Under the pieces are notes generated by a model. That model saw nothing but the letters and a program-made list of their open reading frames with translations, had not been told where the DNA came from and made no database searches. From assembly GCA_027923505.1 (NCBI GenBank), contig BROI01000004.1:558001-622000 (forward strand): 64,000 bases of DNA, written 5' to 3'. Position 1 is the stretch's first letter. Every line of letters starts with the position of its first letter. The stretch comes from Mayamaea pseudoterrestris. Lineage: Eukaryota. Shown in pieces: positions 24,506 to 35,999 of the stretch. Both the position numbers and the translations under genes were made by a program.

Positions 24506-26943
24506 CTAGCCCGCCTTGCTACCATTCTCGGCAGCAACGTGTTCCTGCATTTCGTGAGGAGCAAGGTGACTCACATGTTCATTGTCAACATGGCATTCGT
24601 TTCCAGTATGCGACCAGTTGTACGTTGTGATAAAGACTAGCATGTGCAGCGATACCACGTATACAAAAAGAAAGGCTCGCATTTCCTTGGTCGCCAAAAA
24701 CGTCTTGGCAACGAGAAAGACTGTCCGCTCCATGGGCGACATTTCCTTCATCTTACGTTGGCGCTCAGCCTTGTTGAACTGCTTGAAAGGATCCACTGAC
24801 GCTTCATATCGCTGCTCCAAGGCTTCCAAGTCAAGATCGAGGGCAGCTCCCGGACGGCTATACGCGCCGCCGCCGGCAGTCTTGCTGATACTTTGCAGGT
24901 ATCGTACCTTTTCGTACAGTTTGGTGTTATCCATCTTGAGGCTTTCCGCTGCGGAAACTTGCGCCTGCAGCTCTCGCTTAAACGAATCACGTTCCGCCTC
25001 GAGCGAGTCACAGCGGGCGCGAAGACGATCGCGCTGCGCCATGATAATGGTGGCGACCGAGTGGTCGTCGTCAGCCTTTTCCGCCGCCGTCTTATTCAAA
25101 GAAGGAGGTGGTGGCGTGGGAGGCGGGGCCACAGGAGCGTCCGGGTCGAGAACGCTCTGCAAAGTAGCTGCCTCTGAAATGTCGGACGATTGCTGCAGCG
25201 GCGCAGAGGTTTTGCGCAGGGATGGCGACCTGGGAACACTAATCGCTAGCTCAAGGTCCTTTTCGAGCGAAGCAATAAGCTTTTCCGACGCATCTCTGGC
25301 GCTCTCCAGCTCCTTCACCTTTTCCTTGAGCTGATGCATCTCATCAACAAGGTCTATGCGACTTGTTCGTTCCTTGACGAGTTCAGATTCAACCCGACGT
25401 AGCTTGGCGATTAGCACCGACTCTAGATCCTTGCCGTCGTCTTCGCCTGTCATTTCCGGGTCGCGATCGTTATCAATATCGTCGGCATTATACTCGAGAC
25501 GTTTCAAAATACGAAGTTCTCTTCTCATTAAATCCACAGTACTTTGAGACGGAGCGTCTGCCAGTTGCGTCTCGAGTGAAGCCAAGTTGGTAGTCAAAGT
25601 AGCCTTGTCGCGTTCCAGTTCGTCCAAACGGCTGAGGTAGCCGCTGCGTTCGTCTCCAAACGATTCTTCCTTTTGGCGGATTTCCTCTCGAAGTAGCGTG
25701 ACAGCATCTGAAAGTTCAGTGACCTATGTGAATACCAGCAGCAAAGTCAGCATGATGTCTAAAAGAATGTCAAAAAAAGACCGTCAACGTCACTTACCTC
25801 AGCCTCGTAGGCCTTGCGCTCCAGCATGAGATCCTTTATAGACACCGCATTTCCGGAAGGAGGCGGCGTCATTGCCGACTTGCCGCTTCGCCCTTCAATG
25901 GCCGCCACTTTGAGTCTCAAATTGTCTCGCTCCGTCGATGTGGCATGCAGCGTTTCGCGCAATCGCTCCGCATCGTCCACCAAAATCTTCTTTTGCGCTT
26001 CCCACGCAGCCTCTCTCTGAGACACACCTTCATCCGCTTCCAACAAGTGCTCCTGCGTCGCTTCTCGTCCCGCACGTTCGGCCCGGAGCTGCAGCTCGAG
26101 CGTCTGCACGCGGCGCTCCATGGCTGCCTCACGCTCCAACGCTTCCATGGTGCGGCGTCCTTCCGTTTCGATAAGCTCCTCCTTGGCCTTTTCCAACTGC
26201 TCCTTCATTTGATCTTCCGATGAAGCTTGTAGTTCCTGGATTTTGGCTTCTAATTTTCGAATGGTAATATCCTGATTCTTGAGTTGTCGAAACTCAACCT
26301 CGTACTCGCCAACCTCTCGCCGCAACTGGATTAGTTCTTCTCGCTCTGCCTTGCTCATGTTTCCACTACTAGTATTTCCTCCTCCACCACTGGCAGCCTT
26401 GAGTGTTGCAATTTCCTTTTTATAGTTTTGGTTCGCCTTTTCCACATTCTGTAGCTCCTCGTTGACATGCTCGACCGTGCCAAGCACGTTCGTCAGCTGC
26501 GCCTGCTGCGACTCTATGGTTTGCAGACAAGCCTGCAACACGGCAGCAGGATCAGGCAACTCGAGCAAGGCTTGACCTAATGCAATATAGGCAGCTTCGG
26601 AAGACTTGCACCGTCGTGTCATGCTGTCAATCTCCTCCTGATAAGACTTGACAGTTGTGCGACTCTGTTTGCCAAGAACATCCACAGCCTTGACGACAGC
26701 TTGGACTGCATCGGGCGTATTGGACGAAACGAGCGTGAAACTGCACGTTTCCACAACTTTGACCGTCTTTTTGAATGACTTTGTCGTTTCGGCCAGTTGC
26801 TTGCGTGCAACTAGCGACTGATCCTTGGCCGTTTTCATTTCCAGCAAAGCATGATTGACAGCGGCTTGTGTTGCCGCCCAATCTAATGCCGACCAGCCTT
26901 GGACGGCTTGCTGGATGGACACGGAGAGTGTAGAGTCGGTCAT
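24506..26943 (-). CDS. CASP: Golgin CASP/COY1 (CUX1 N-terminal coiled coil + CASP C-terminal TM); 2 exons
   Basis: Exons 26943-25798 and 25723-24506; intron 25797-25724. Motifs RKQLAETTKSF, KSYQEEIDSMTRR, LKNQDITIRKLE, IIMAQRDRLR, DNTKLYEKVRYL, YEASVDPF; C-terminal TM with YxxxLH. Confidence 0.92.
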
Positions 26944-27275
26944 GCTAGTATAGCAACTACCGACAGTTTAATAAACAGCAAATGGGGAGACGGTGAGACT
27001 GACGGCAGTTGATTCGTCTGCCATGGTGAATGCAAGAAAGTCATTCCAATCTCGCTTTGCAGCGCAAGTAAATTAAAAGTCGTATCGGTATCCGTTTCTA
27101 CCTTGCGTTGCAGGTTGCTGGGTATCTTGCGATCTAGGTATTCCAGGTCTTGTTTAACCTCGTATTGCGGTCAATATATCTGTACTAGCGTAGCCTATAT
27201 AAGCTAACATGGACACTATGAGCTTTGCGACCGTTGACGGTACTTTGTCATTCGACAACTTCCACAGCAAGTGTC

Positions 27276-29407
27276 TCAAGGTAACGCTCTCTTTTCTTTA
27301 AAGACGGTTGCATTTGTGCCAAAGTTGTATTCAACACGCATAAATGAATCTTCCCATTCCGGATTGACGCTCGGAACGCGCACATTCATGTTGCAAAAAG
27401 GATCAGCATCGGAGCAGCATAGGGTGCAGCATGCGCAAGCAACGTTGGGACTGCTTCCACCACAATCAGCAACGACATAGTCACGAGTCAGCTTGCCGCT
27501 ATTCGCAGGCTTGTTGAGACTCGGCAAGTTGCAAATGGGTTCCAGACTACCGCTGATACTTGTGGAATCCAAAAAGACGGCGCGAAGGGACGATAGCTTG
27601 TTGAATTGTGTAGGCATGGTACCCGTGACGCCCAGATTGCGGTTTAAAAGCAGAAACTCGAGTCTGCTCAAGCGCCCGAGCTCGGATGGTATACTGCCGC
27701 TTAGTTTATTGTTGTCTAGGTCTAGCAGCTGGAGGTTGGTGAGCTTGGTGCCGATCCACGCGGGGATTGTGCCATTTCGACTCGTGCCTTTCAAGGAGAG
27801 CTCTTTCAAATCAGTCATCGTGCTGATCGTACTAGGTATTGGTCCCTCTACGAACGTGTTGTTCGCCAGGAATAAATAGCTAAGTGGTAACATGCCGATG
27901 CGTCCTGGAATAGGACCCGTTAAAGCATTGCTCGACAAGTCAAGATGAAAAAGCTTGGTCAGGTTCGCAAGGTCAGGGCTTATTTGTCCTTCAATCAAGT
28001 TATCTTGAAGCGCAAGGAACTGTAGCGCCGTGTTTCTGTAAATGACCGTCGGAAGAGTGCCCGAAAGACGGTTGCCGTGAAGGTCAATCATGTCAAGTTT
28101 CGGCATTTGCAAGAAATGCGACGGAAGTTGGCCGGTGAGTCGGCAGTTTGATGCATCGATGCGCTTTAATTTCGTTGCATTCTTCAAAAATCTGTCATCA
28201 ACCGTTCCATGAAAGAAGTTACTTTGAAGAAAGAGATAAGTGAGGTTTGTCATGCTATTGAAGGTTGACGTAATGGTGCCGGTGAGTTTATTGTCGTCGA
28301 GGAAAATGGTTACAAGCTTTAATAGCTTGAAGAAATCAGGTAGACGCCCAGTCAGATTGTTGTTGGAAAGGAGAAGCACTTTAAGATCTGTCATCGTCGA
28401 CAAGCAGGAAGGGATAGTGCCGGTCAGTCCGCTGGATGACATGGTCAACGACGACAGTGCCTCGAGATCGCAAATGGTTTCCGTCAAACCATTCATCAAC
28501 TTGTTCCCACTCATCGAAAGTATGGATAGACTTGTTAATTTGGCAAGTTCTGATGGGACGTTGCCTGATAGTTTGTTATAATCTATATCAAACGTACGCA
28601 CGTGCAAGCAAAGAGGTTTGTGAGTGCGAACAAAAACGCTTCAAAGATTCGTCACGCAAAATAAACATGGCACTCACCCAAGTGAACGGCAACTATCTTC
28701 CTCGTCTTGCGGTCGCAATAAATCCCTCCCGCTTGAAACACAACTCCAGTCTCAGTTGTCACAGGTATGGGTGCGTTCCAGTAGCAAAAATCGGTGACGG
28801 AAAGGAATCCGAATTGATTCATCCAGTTAATTCCGTCCATGGCGTACCATAGAACTGCAAGAACGTATCGCGTCATATACTGGTACGTTTTTGCGGAAGT
28901 TTGGTTTGTAACGGTTGGGAGCGTATAGTTCATGCCGTCAAGATTCGCCATCCAATTCGCTGCCAAACTTTGGGGAGTGCCGCCTTGTTGTAAGTCTTCT
29001 TTGCTTGAAACGCCAGTTGCTGCAAGAAAGTCGATCACTTGCGATAGAGATGGTCGAAGGCTCGATGTGTTATTCTGAGGAGTACTTTCCTGGACCGCCA
29101 CTTGCTTTTGCTTATCATTGCCCCGGGTTAGCCCGACCCCGACACCGACACCAACGCCGATGCATACAAGGAGTACGACAATGCCAGCAGCAATCGCAAT
29201 TGCCATTCGCTTCTTGCCACATCCTGTTGATTGAGCCGGTGTTTCTTCTCCTTTATCATTCAATGGAATTTCTACAGGCTCATCCTGCGCAGGCGCTTTT
29301 GCAGCATCGCTTTCAACGTCTTGTTCGAGCGGGTTGTTGGTCTCGCCGTTATTGTCTACCTCCAAGGCCTCAACGGCATTGTCGTTAGCATTGTTGGAAT
29401 CAATCAT
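27276..29407 (-). CDS. Type II membrane leucine-rich-repeat protein (diatom LRR family); 2 exons
   Basis: Exons 29407-28678 and 28582-27276; intron 28677-28583. N-terminal TM (IAIAAGIVVLLVCIGVGVGVG), TPQSLAANW and RYVLAVLWY cap, plant-type LxxLxLxxNxLxGxIP repeats, C-terminal DC...CACCTLCC. Confidence 0.9.
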
Positions 29408-29653
29408 GACTGTGAATGTTTACTTCTTCCTTTTCGAAAAAGTAGCGCAGTACTTTCATTCCATCACAACTTTTTCATAGCCTGATCCAAGGTGACGAAG
29501 TTGAGAAAGAGCCAAAAAAGCTGCGCGAAGTTGTGAATAACAGTGCGATTTATGCCTTTCATGCACTCTCACGAGGGCATCAATGGATCGTACATGTACA
29601 AAGACAGTTTTAATCACAATCATTGCATTAAACTTCATCAATGCATTGTTCTA

Positions 29654-30460
29654 TCAAACGTTTCGTCGATCTTGAAATCCACCGCTTCGTTTCTGCAGTC
29701 GCACATGCGCCATCGTCCACTCGGGACAATCCATGGGATGATCAATCACCATGCCGGCGCTCTGCATGAGCGAGTAGCAAATGGTAGGTCCGACAAACTT
29801 GAATCCCAGCTTCTTGAGTGTTTTGCTCATGGCAATGGACTCGTCGCTTGTCGCAGGCTGGCCTTGGAGCGTTCCAGTCCATGCGAAACCATTCAGTATC
29901 GGCTGGTCATTGACAAAGGACCACAGGAACCGATCCAAAACTTGTTCCGTCGATTCACCAGCGTCTTGCGCTTCTCGGCGCATCGTTTGAATGCACTTGG
30001 CGTTGTGAATTACCGATTCAATCTTGCCTTTATGTCGCACAATGGCGTCTTCCGCTGGAGCTGCCAGTATCTTTGTGACATGATCACTCGTCATGGCTGC
30101 CACTTGATCAACATTGAATTGATAAAAGCACTCGCGATACTGCTCGCGCTTGTGCAGTATGGTGCGCCAGCTGAGCCCCGCCTGCGCACCTTCCAGCGAG
30201 AGCAGTTCAAACAAGGAGTCGTCGCCTCGTTTCTCGTAGCTCCACTCGGTGGACATGTAGTGATTGTATCGCTCATCGTTCTTGGTGAAGATAGTGTACC
30301 ATGGAGTGTCGGTGATGGTAAGTGTTGCTGCTAGTTTGTGGTTTACTGCAGCTGACTGATTTTTATTTGCTGCAGCAACCTTAACGGCTCGTGTAGACGA
30401 TCGCTTTTTCTCATTAGAACCAGAAGGGATCGATTCCGCGCTCTGCTTGCGTTTCACCAT
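29654..30460 (-). CDS. tag: DNA-3-methyladenine glycosylase I (Tag family)
   Basis: LFELLSLEGAQAGLSWRTIL, IVRHKGKIESVIHNA, GFKFVGPTICYSLMQSAGMVIDH. Basic NLS-like N-terminus. Alternative in-frame start at 30547. Confidence 0.92.
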   Translation of the reverse strand: MVKRKQSAESIPSGSNEKKRSSTRAVKVAAANKNQSAAVNHKLAATLTITDTPWYTIFTKNDERYNHYMSTEWSYEKRGDDSLFELLSLEGAQAGLSWRTILHKREQYRECFYQFNVDQVAAMTSDHVTKILAAPAEDAIVRHKGKIESVIHNAKCIQTMRREAQDAGESTEQVLDRFLWSFVNDQPILNGFAWTGTLQGQPATSDESIAMSKTLKKLGFKFVGPTICYSLMQSAGMVIDHPMDCPEWTMAHVRLQKRSGGFQDRRNV

Positions 30461-30725
30461 GGCAAGGGATTTAGACAATCGTAGAGGATTGGGTGTCAAT
30501 TCAGTTAAGGCCGAGGAGGAAATCACCACGATACGCGAAAGCGCCATGGTCGACTTGTCACGTTGCGTCGAGACGTACGTGACGCCCGAAACGTCTGTCG
30601 TATCGGTTTAAGATCTTTGTAGTACCGTTGCGACGAAACCTCATTTGCAAGCGCGATGAAAAAGGGATGGCGAGATCCACAATCCACAACAAACCAGCCA
30701 AGCCCGCAAGCTTTCACCCTTCATC

Positions 30726-32921
30726 ATGCCTCGTGTCCACTACCGTTATTTGTTCGCCGCACTAACTCTTCTTGGTACTGTTTATTGTTTTGGCGGATAC
30801 AAGACGCGGCGATTGGGTGGCGCTCATCATGGCCCTTTCGTCTCTCGTCGACAGCCAATCATGGCGGTCGACAAGCAAATCTTCTTCGCCGCGCCAAAGC
30901 AACCGGAAGAAGACTTTGAAGAATCCAGCACTTGGAACGTCATTAATGCTACGACGTTCAACAACGTGGAAGAGTACGTGGAGACGCTCCAGTCTCGAGC
31001 GCGCCAATTGCGCCTCGAAGCAACCAATCTCGAACGAGCGCTCCGGGAATCACAAAGTAGTCAAGGCAAGGTGCAACGTTCCGCCGGGCAAACGTTGCAT
31101 GATCGCATCTTTGATCAATACTCTGTAGCAGCAACACCAGAAGCAATAAGTCAAGTGCTTCAACAGGAGCGGTGGTCCGTCGACCAAGCAACTCTAGTGC
31201 TGGAGCTCTTGTACGAGCAACGCAAGCAATACTCTCCCAACATGCCACAAGCCTCAAAGCCAAGAGTCTTTCAGATTGGAGACACGAGCAACGCTGCTCC
31301 CGTGTTCAACGAAACGCAGGTAGTCATGGTTGATCAAAAGGTGCAAGCCTTGTTGGCAGCGGCAGACTTGATGGACAATGCGTTGGCAATGGATGCGTCC
31401 GCGACTAGTGGCAGTCGCTGGTCTGGACGAGGCTTACAAACGTTGAAATCAAAATGGAGCGAGCTGCAGCGCACTGATGAAAAGGAACTGAAACGATTGA
31501 CACGAACTAGTTTATATCGCGTCTTGTCGGCGCGCAACGAATCGTCGTCACTGCAGGACTACATGCGGGCGACGCTTGGATTAACGTCCAAGAGCGACAA
31601 CCCAAAATCGCTGAACATGAGTCGCGTCATGGAGCGCGTCAAGATGATTCCTCCGTGGCTGCCGTCGCCGCTGCTTCCGTACATTGCCGCCGCCAATGCC
31701 ATTGTCAGCAAGGAGGATGTCAAGCTGTTGAAGGAAAAGGTCCTGCCGGGATCAGGCTTTTTTGTCACGAGCTCCGACTCGATTCCTAGCGCCGCGTTGT
31801 TTAGAGGAAACATTCGCGTGCCCATGATGGCTGACCCGCGAAACTTCAGAAATGTGTCAGCCTCTGTCTTTGAAGCGATACACTTGCGCCTCGAAATGGA
31901 GGAGGGATTGGCAGATCGTGTACAATTGTTTCTGCTGGAAGACCAATCTCCCGGCGAGAAGGAAGCAAAAGCTAAACCTGTGCTGTTGGTGCTCTCAAAA
32001 AAGGTGGAGCCCGATGATAGGTTGTTGAAGCAGCAGTCACCATTGCTACGGCAGGCTGCAGTCACACTGACCTTGGTGACAACCTTTGTCTACTCGGTCA
32101 AGTGCTTTGCTTTGAATCCTCAGTTTTTCAATGCTATCATGCAGCAGAACGATGCACGCGTTTTATTTTGTTGCTTGCCAACGATTCTGGGTGTTTTGGC
32201 TCTGCAAGCCATCGGCGAAGGAGTTCGTTGGCTCGTGGCCAGGCGACGGAAAATGAAAATTGGACCGCCGATGCCCATCCCGTCCACCCAGGTTGGCACT
32301 TTTGGCTGCGCAACGCCTCTTCGCTCCTTTCCCAAAAATCGATCTACCATGATTGAGATTGCCATGGCGAGCCCAATCACGATTTTTCTGCTTTCAAGCG
32401 CACTCATCGTGGTTGGAACAATCCTAACAGTCCGGTCATCGGAAACAGCGCTTGCTTCCTTTCCATTTCTTCCTGTAGCCGTGCTCAAGTCAAGCTTTCT
32501 AGTTGGCGCGATTTTGACGTATCTCGCTCCCAAGGTCATTTTGATGCCTTTGGCGCAACCCATTCCAATGCACCCTGCATTTGTGATAGGATTCGCTGGA
32601 CTTGTTGCGTCGTCACTAAACATGCTACCAATCTTTCGACTGGACGGCGGTCGCGCCTGTACCGCAGCCTTGGGCAACCGCGTTGGAGCCATCGCCTCCG
32701 TCTCGAGCCTCATGTTCCTACTTTCAGTGTCTCTGTCATCCGAAACTGGCCTGGGTATGGCTTGGTGCGTGATCATTGCAATATTTCGTCGCAACTTTGA
32801 AGTTCCAGCGCGCGATGAAATAACTCGCGTGGACGACACTCGACTTGGTGCCTGGATTGCCGGGCTCGTGGGCGCTTTGCTTGTACTACTGCCTTTTCCT
32901 GGCGGCACCAGTGTTCTATAA
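30726..32921 (+). CDS. EGY-like M50 (site-2) membrane metalloprotease homologue, plastid-targeted, HExxH degenerate
   Basis: Signal peptide ending VYC-F. LFRGNIR, GTFG, EIAMASP, MHPAFVIG, LNMLPIFRLDGGR, multiple TMs. GEGVR at the position where HExxH is expected. Confidence 0.82.
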   Translation: MPRVHYRYLFAALTLLGTVYCFGGYKTRRLGGAHHGPFVSRRQPIMAVDKQIFFAAPKQPEEDFEESSTWNVINATTFNNVEEYVETLQSRARQLRLEATNLERALRESQSSQGKVQRSAGQTLHDRIFDQYSVAATPEAISQVLQQERWSVDQATLVLELLYEQRKQYSPNMPQASKPRVFQIGDTSNAAPVFNETQVVMVDQKVQALLAAADLMDNALAMDASATSGSRWSGRGLQTLKSKWSELQRTDEKELKRLTRTSLYRVLSARNESSSLQDYMRATLGLTSKSDNPKSLNMSRVMERVKMIPPWLPSPLLPYIAAANAIVSKEDVKLLKEKVLPGSGFFVTSSDSIPSAALFRGNIRVPMMADPRNFRNVSASVFEAIHLRLEMEEGLADRVQLFLLEDQSPGEKEAKAKPVLLVLSKKVEPDDRLLKQQSPLLRQAAVTLTLVTTFVYSVKCFALNPQFFNAIMQQNDARVLFCCLPTILGVLALQAIGEGVRWLVARRRKMKIGPPMPIPSTQVGTFGCATPLRSFPKNRSTMIEIAMASPITIFLLSSALIVVGTILTVRSSETALASFPFLPVAVLKSSFLVGAILTYLAPKVILMPLAQPIPMHPAFVIGFAGLVASSLNMLPIFRLDGGRACTAALGNRVGAIASVSSLMFLLSVSLSSETGLGMAWCVIIAIFRRNFEVPARDEITRVDDTRLGAWIAGLVGALLVLLPFPGGTSVL

Positions 32922-32988
32922 GATTGAGGGAGGTTTAGTAAACAGTCTGTGCGAAAAAAGAGTTTTTAATTATGGTGATTCGGGTCGC

Positions 32989-34062
32989 TCATACGCTGGC
33001 AAATAATCTACTTTCAACATGATGGCTGTTTTCATTTGCATACGTGATTGAATGGGGCTCGAATGGGTCACCTTCCACAGAAAAGTTCCCAGCGACACTT
33101 AGGAGTCGCTCAAAGGTGTCATCGGTCGATTGAATTAGCCGCGGGAACTCGCGAGGTGCTTTTGTACGGACGCTGGGAGATGTCGGGTCGGAATGGACGT
33201 CGTTCCTTGTAAACATACTGGCACCAGGGGTCAACGAGATCTGCTGTAAACAATTGGACTTGAATGCCGAATTATTGAACCCTCCGAACTGTCTTGAAGT
33301 GTGTCCCATCGAAGAGAACGACCAATCAAAGCAGCCACTTGAAGCTTGGTGTTCGACAGCGAAATCCATGATTGAACGTGCACTTGATTGATGGCATGTT
33401 TTAGCCTGCAGCACGTTTGCTAAGGTGCTGCCCACTTTCGAGCTGCTGTATAAAGGGCTGTACCAGTCATGGTTATGCATCAAAGCAGTAGAAACACCAG
33501 ATATCTCGTCATTCCGGCCAAGATCTGGGCAGCTATGTGCGAGCGCGATAGCGTCATGATCGCGCAGCAGTGGTGGTGCTCTGTGTCGGCAGTCCGCGTA
33601 GTTGTCGTCCATGCTAATGCTTCCATCAAAGTCAGTGACAGATATGGCTGAACATGATCGATGCGGGTGCTCGACATTCTGGTCAAGCCGGCGACGTAAT
33701 TTCTTGGCCGTGTTACTGCTTCTGTAATGGTCGAAAAGTGCATCGCGAAAAGTCTGGCTTGTTTTTTCTCGGGCCAAAAAATCTCCGACTTCGTACCACC
33801 TGCCGTTGCTGATGTCCTTCTTGACGAAACCACCATGAGGGGAATCCATTCGCACTTGTGCGACAATGCTGCGGAGTATCATACCTTTTTCGACTTTCGT
33901 GGTTGTTTTTAGGTAGTCTTGCAACTTGTCGGCCACTAGCTTGCGAAAAGAGCGGTTGCCGGGGTGCATAGAAATGCTTCCTCGACCAAATACCACGTCC
34001 TTGTCACAAGGCTGGAACTTGCACGGGAGGATTTTCATTGTGTCTGTCTCTTTCTTGGGCAT
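32989..34062 (-). CDS. DUF6824-domain protein (diatom-expanded, putative regulator)
   Basis: DKDVVFGRG..HPGNRSFRKLV..GGFVKK..WYEVGD..AREKTSQTFRD, then a Ser-rich disordered tail. First ATG at 34062. Confidence 0.85.
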   Translation of the reverse strand: MPKKETDTMKILPCKFQPCDKDVVFGRGSISMHPGNRSFRKLVADKLQDYLKTTTKVEKGMILRSIVAQVRMDSPHGGFVKKDISNGRWYEVGDFLAREKTSQTFRDALFDHYRSSNTAKKLRRRLDQNVEHPHRSCSAISVTDFDGSISMDDNYADCRHRAPPLLRDHDAIALAHSCPDLGRNDEISGVSTALMHNHDWYSPLYSSSKVGSTLANVLQAKTCHQSSARSIMDFAVEHQASSGCFDWSFSSMGHTSRQFGGFNNSAFKSNCLQQISLTPGASMFTRNDVHSDPTSPSVRTKAPREFPRLIQSTDDTFERLLSVAGNFSVEGDPFEPHSITYANENSHHVESRLFASV

Positions 34063-34335
34063 TGTGCTTGGTCGCAACAAAAGGGAATCGTTTGAGGATT
34101 GAAATGGCCTCGGAAAGCGTATTACAAGTTGTTTGTGGAGGAGTTGAGCTGACTTGATGTGAGTTACGCTACTTGACGCAGCGATTGTCCTTTCTCGGAG
34201 CAATGCTGTGATGAAAAATGGGATCGGAGTATCACACCAGCCCAAACGGGACGCCAGACACGAAGTTTATATATGCCCCTGCTCGAATAACTATCATCAA
34301 TTGACCCAAATTGCTTAACTGCCTCCGCAGGTTGG

Positions 34336-34464
34336 CGAAGTTATTCATCGTAGCTGCTCGTATCATTTGCATAGTCTCGGCCTATTACGAACATTCGTCA
34401 TTATCCCGATTCGCAGTATCCGCTGATATCCCATTGGGCATCCCCATTGTTGTGAATAACTTCG
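34336..34464. repeat. 12-bp perfect inverted repeat bounding 129 bp
   Basis: CGAAGTTATTCA (34336-34347) and TGAATAACTTCG (34453-34464); no target-site duplication seen. Confidence 0.6.
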
Positions 34465-34861
34465 GTGAAATTTACAGTAATGATTACCCGAATTGCATGC
34501 ATACGGTGAGGAGTACTTCGGTACAAGTACTTGTCCGAGTTTAACCGCGTCTATAAACTTGGCAGCGCATCTATTTAGGAGTAGACGTTCTTAACGAAAA
34601 AGGTTGTAAGATATCTTCGGACAACGTGCGCAGCCAAGCAAGTCGTTGCTGCATTCAACTCCACAACGTCCATAGCTTATCAGCTGAACCTCCAGTCAGA
34701 AAATAGGAGAGAAAATATGGTAGACCGTTCCAAAACTTTATAACAATATCGCTGTGCTTGACGACTCGTAGCTGCCGCCTGTTGTCCACGTCGAAATCGC
34801 AATGGACACTCTCGAAAGCATGTAGTCCATTGCAATTCCAATCGGCATGACATGCACAAAG

Positions 34862-35764
34862 TCACCTTTCCAAAGTGTCGTTGTCCGTGTAAAGATCCAT
34901 ATTGCACTTTCTCGCCGTATCAATTAGCCACATTCCACCAACGCGCTGCAAGGTAAACTGAATGAGCACCGGCGCCAAACCCCGGCCAGACTTTAGGTAG
35001 AGCGCCGCATTGACAAACGCCACGGATGGATTCCCCACAAAGTCTCGATTCGGATCAATGGCACCATCACTCACATCAAGCCGCTTCCAGTCCAAGAGGG
35101 CAGCAAACTCGGAGGCGCGAATGCGTTTCGCCAGCATGCTCGCCGTGAGAGCTCCGCGCTGAATCTCCTTCCAGGCGTCAACGTGTTGGCTGGAGCGCAA
35201 CGAGTCGCCCCATCGTTGCCCTCGATTGAGTGGGATGAGAAACCTTTGAAAGACGGCGGCTCCGTGACTTGGAGTGGGTCTATGAAGGTCCCTCAGGGCT
35301 CGGAGTGATTGATCAATGACCTGTGCAGGGGTCGAGTCTGGATGCGGGGCTGCTGCATCTGCTGCGATTTTGTCAAATCCGCCGCTCAGGAATGAATCAA
35401 TGGCGGCTTCGAGCTTCTTGTCTGCTTGGTCGACTTCATCGTCCTGGCGTCGTTCAGCAATGGTAAAGAATGATTCATCGCCAGACACTGTATCATCCTC
35501 GTCATCCAATAATCCATATACCTTTTCGCCTACCAAATAAGGATCAACATCAAATTCTAAATCATTTCCTTCATTGTTCTCGAATGGCTCGCTGACCTGC
35601 GATCGGCGTGCAAACTGCAATTGGACAGAGCACTTTCTGTTGCAACGTGGTGTTCGCAGGATCCATCCTGTACGGCTACAATCAGCTATACGTATCACAT
35701 ATCCATCAGCGAAGGCCATGTAGATGCTGAATGTAATCAGAAAAGTGGAACACACCTTTGTCAT
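34862..35764 (-). CDS. Unknown protein with signal/presequence; possibly DUF4864/NTF2-like fold
   Basis: 300-aa ORF with hydrophobic N-terminus and acidic linker. PHPDSTPAQVIDQSLRAL and FTLQRVGGMWLID resemble an algal/cyanobacterial NTF2-like family; family call weak. Confidence 0.65.
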   Translation of the reverse strand: MTKVCSTFLITFSIYMAFADGYVIRIADCSRTGWILRTPRCNRKCSVQLQFARRSQVSEPFENNEGNDLEFDVDPYLVGEKVYGLLDDEDDTVSGDESFFTIAERRQDDEVDQADKKLEAAIDSFLSGGFDKIAADAAAPHPDSTPAQVIDQSLRALRDLHRPTPSHGAAVFQRFLIPLNRGQRWGDSLRSSQHVDAWKEIQRGALTASMLAKRIRASEFAALLDWKRLDVSDGAIDPNRDFVGNPSVAFVNAALYLKSGRGLAPVLIQFTLQRVGGMWLIDTARKCNMDLYTDNDTLER

Positions 35765-35999
35765 CGCAATTGTTGTGTGGAGAGCGCCTCGCGTCGACTC
35801 GCATATTATGTCGCATTGAGTACTGATAAGACGCCTGATGATTTAGCTACCCAACGATCGCATATATTTTTCATGCGAGTCCAGTACACTTTAAAGCTGG
35901 TATTTATCTCATGTAAATGTAGTTATTTTTCTATGATTATCTATTTTTTCTTTCTTCCGTACAATCGAAAGCTAACGGACAGATCTATGCTTGCTCCGT

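Noticed and set aside
24582..25334. 250-aa antisense ORF within CASP (similar ones at 29543-30334, 32120-32908 and 53851-54480)
   Set aside because: Shadow frames of well-supported genes, with no independent protein features.
34336..34464. ATAACTTCG matches the outer 9 nt of a loxP arm
   Set aside because: The arms are incomplete, face the wrong way and lack the 8-bp spacer; coincidental.
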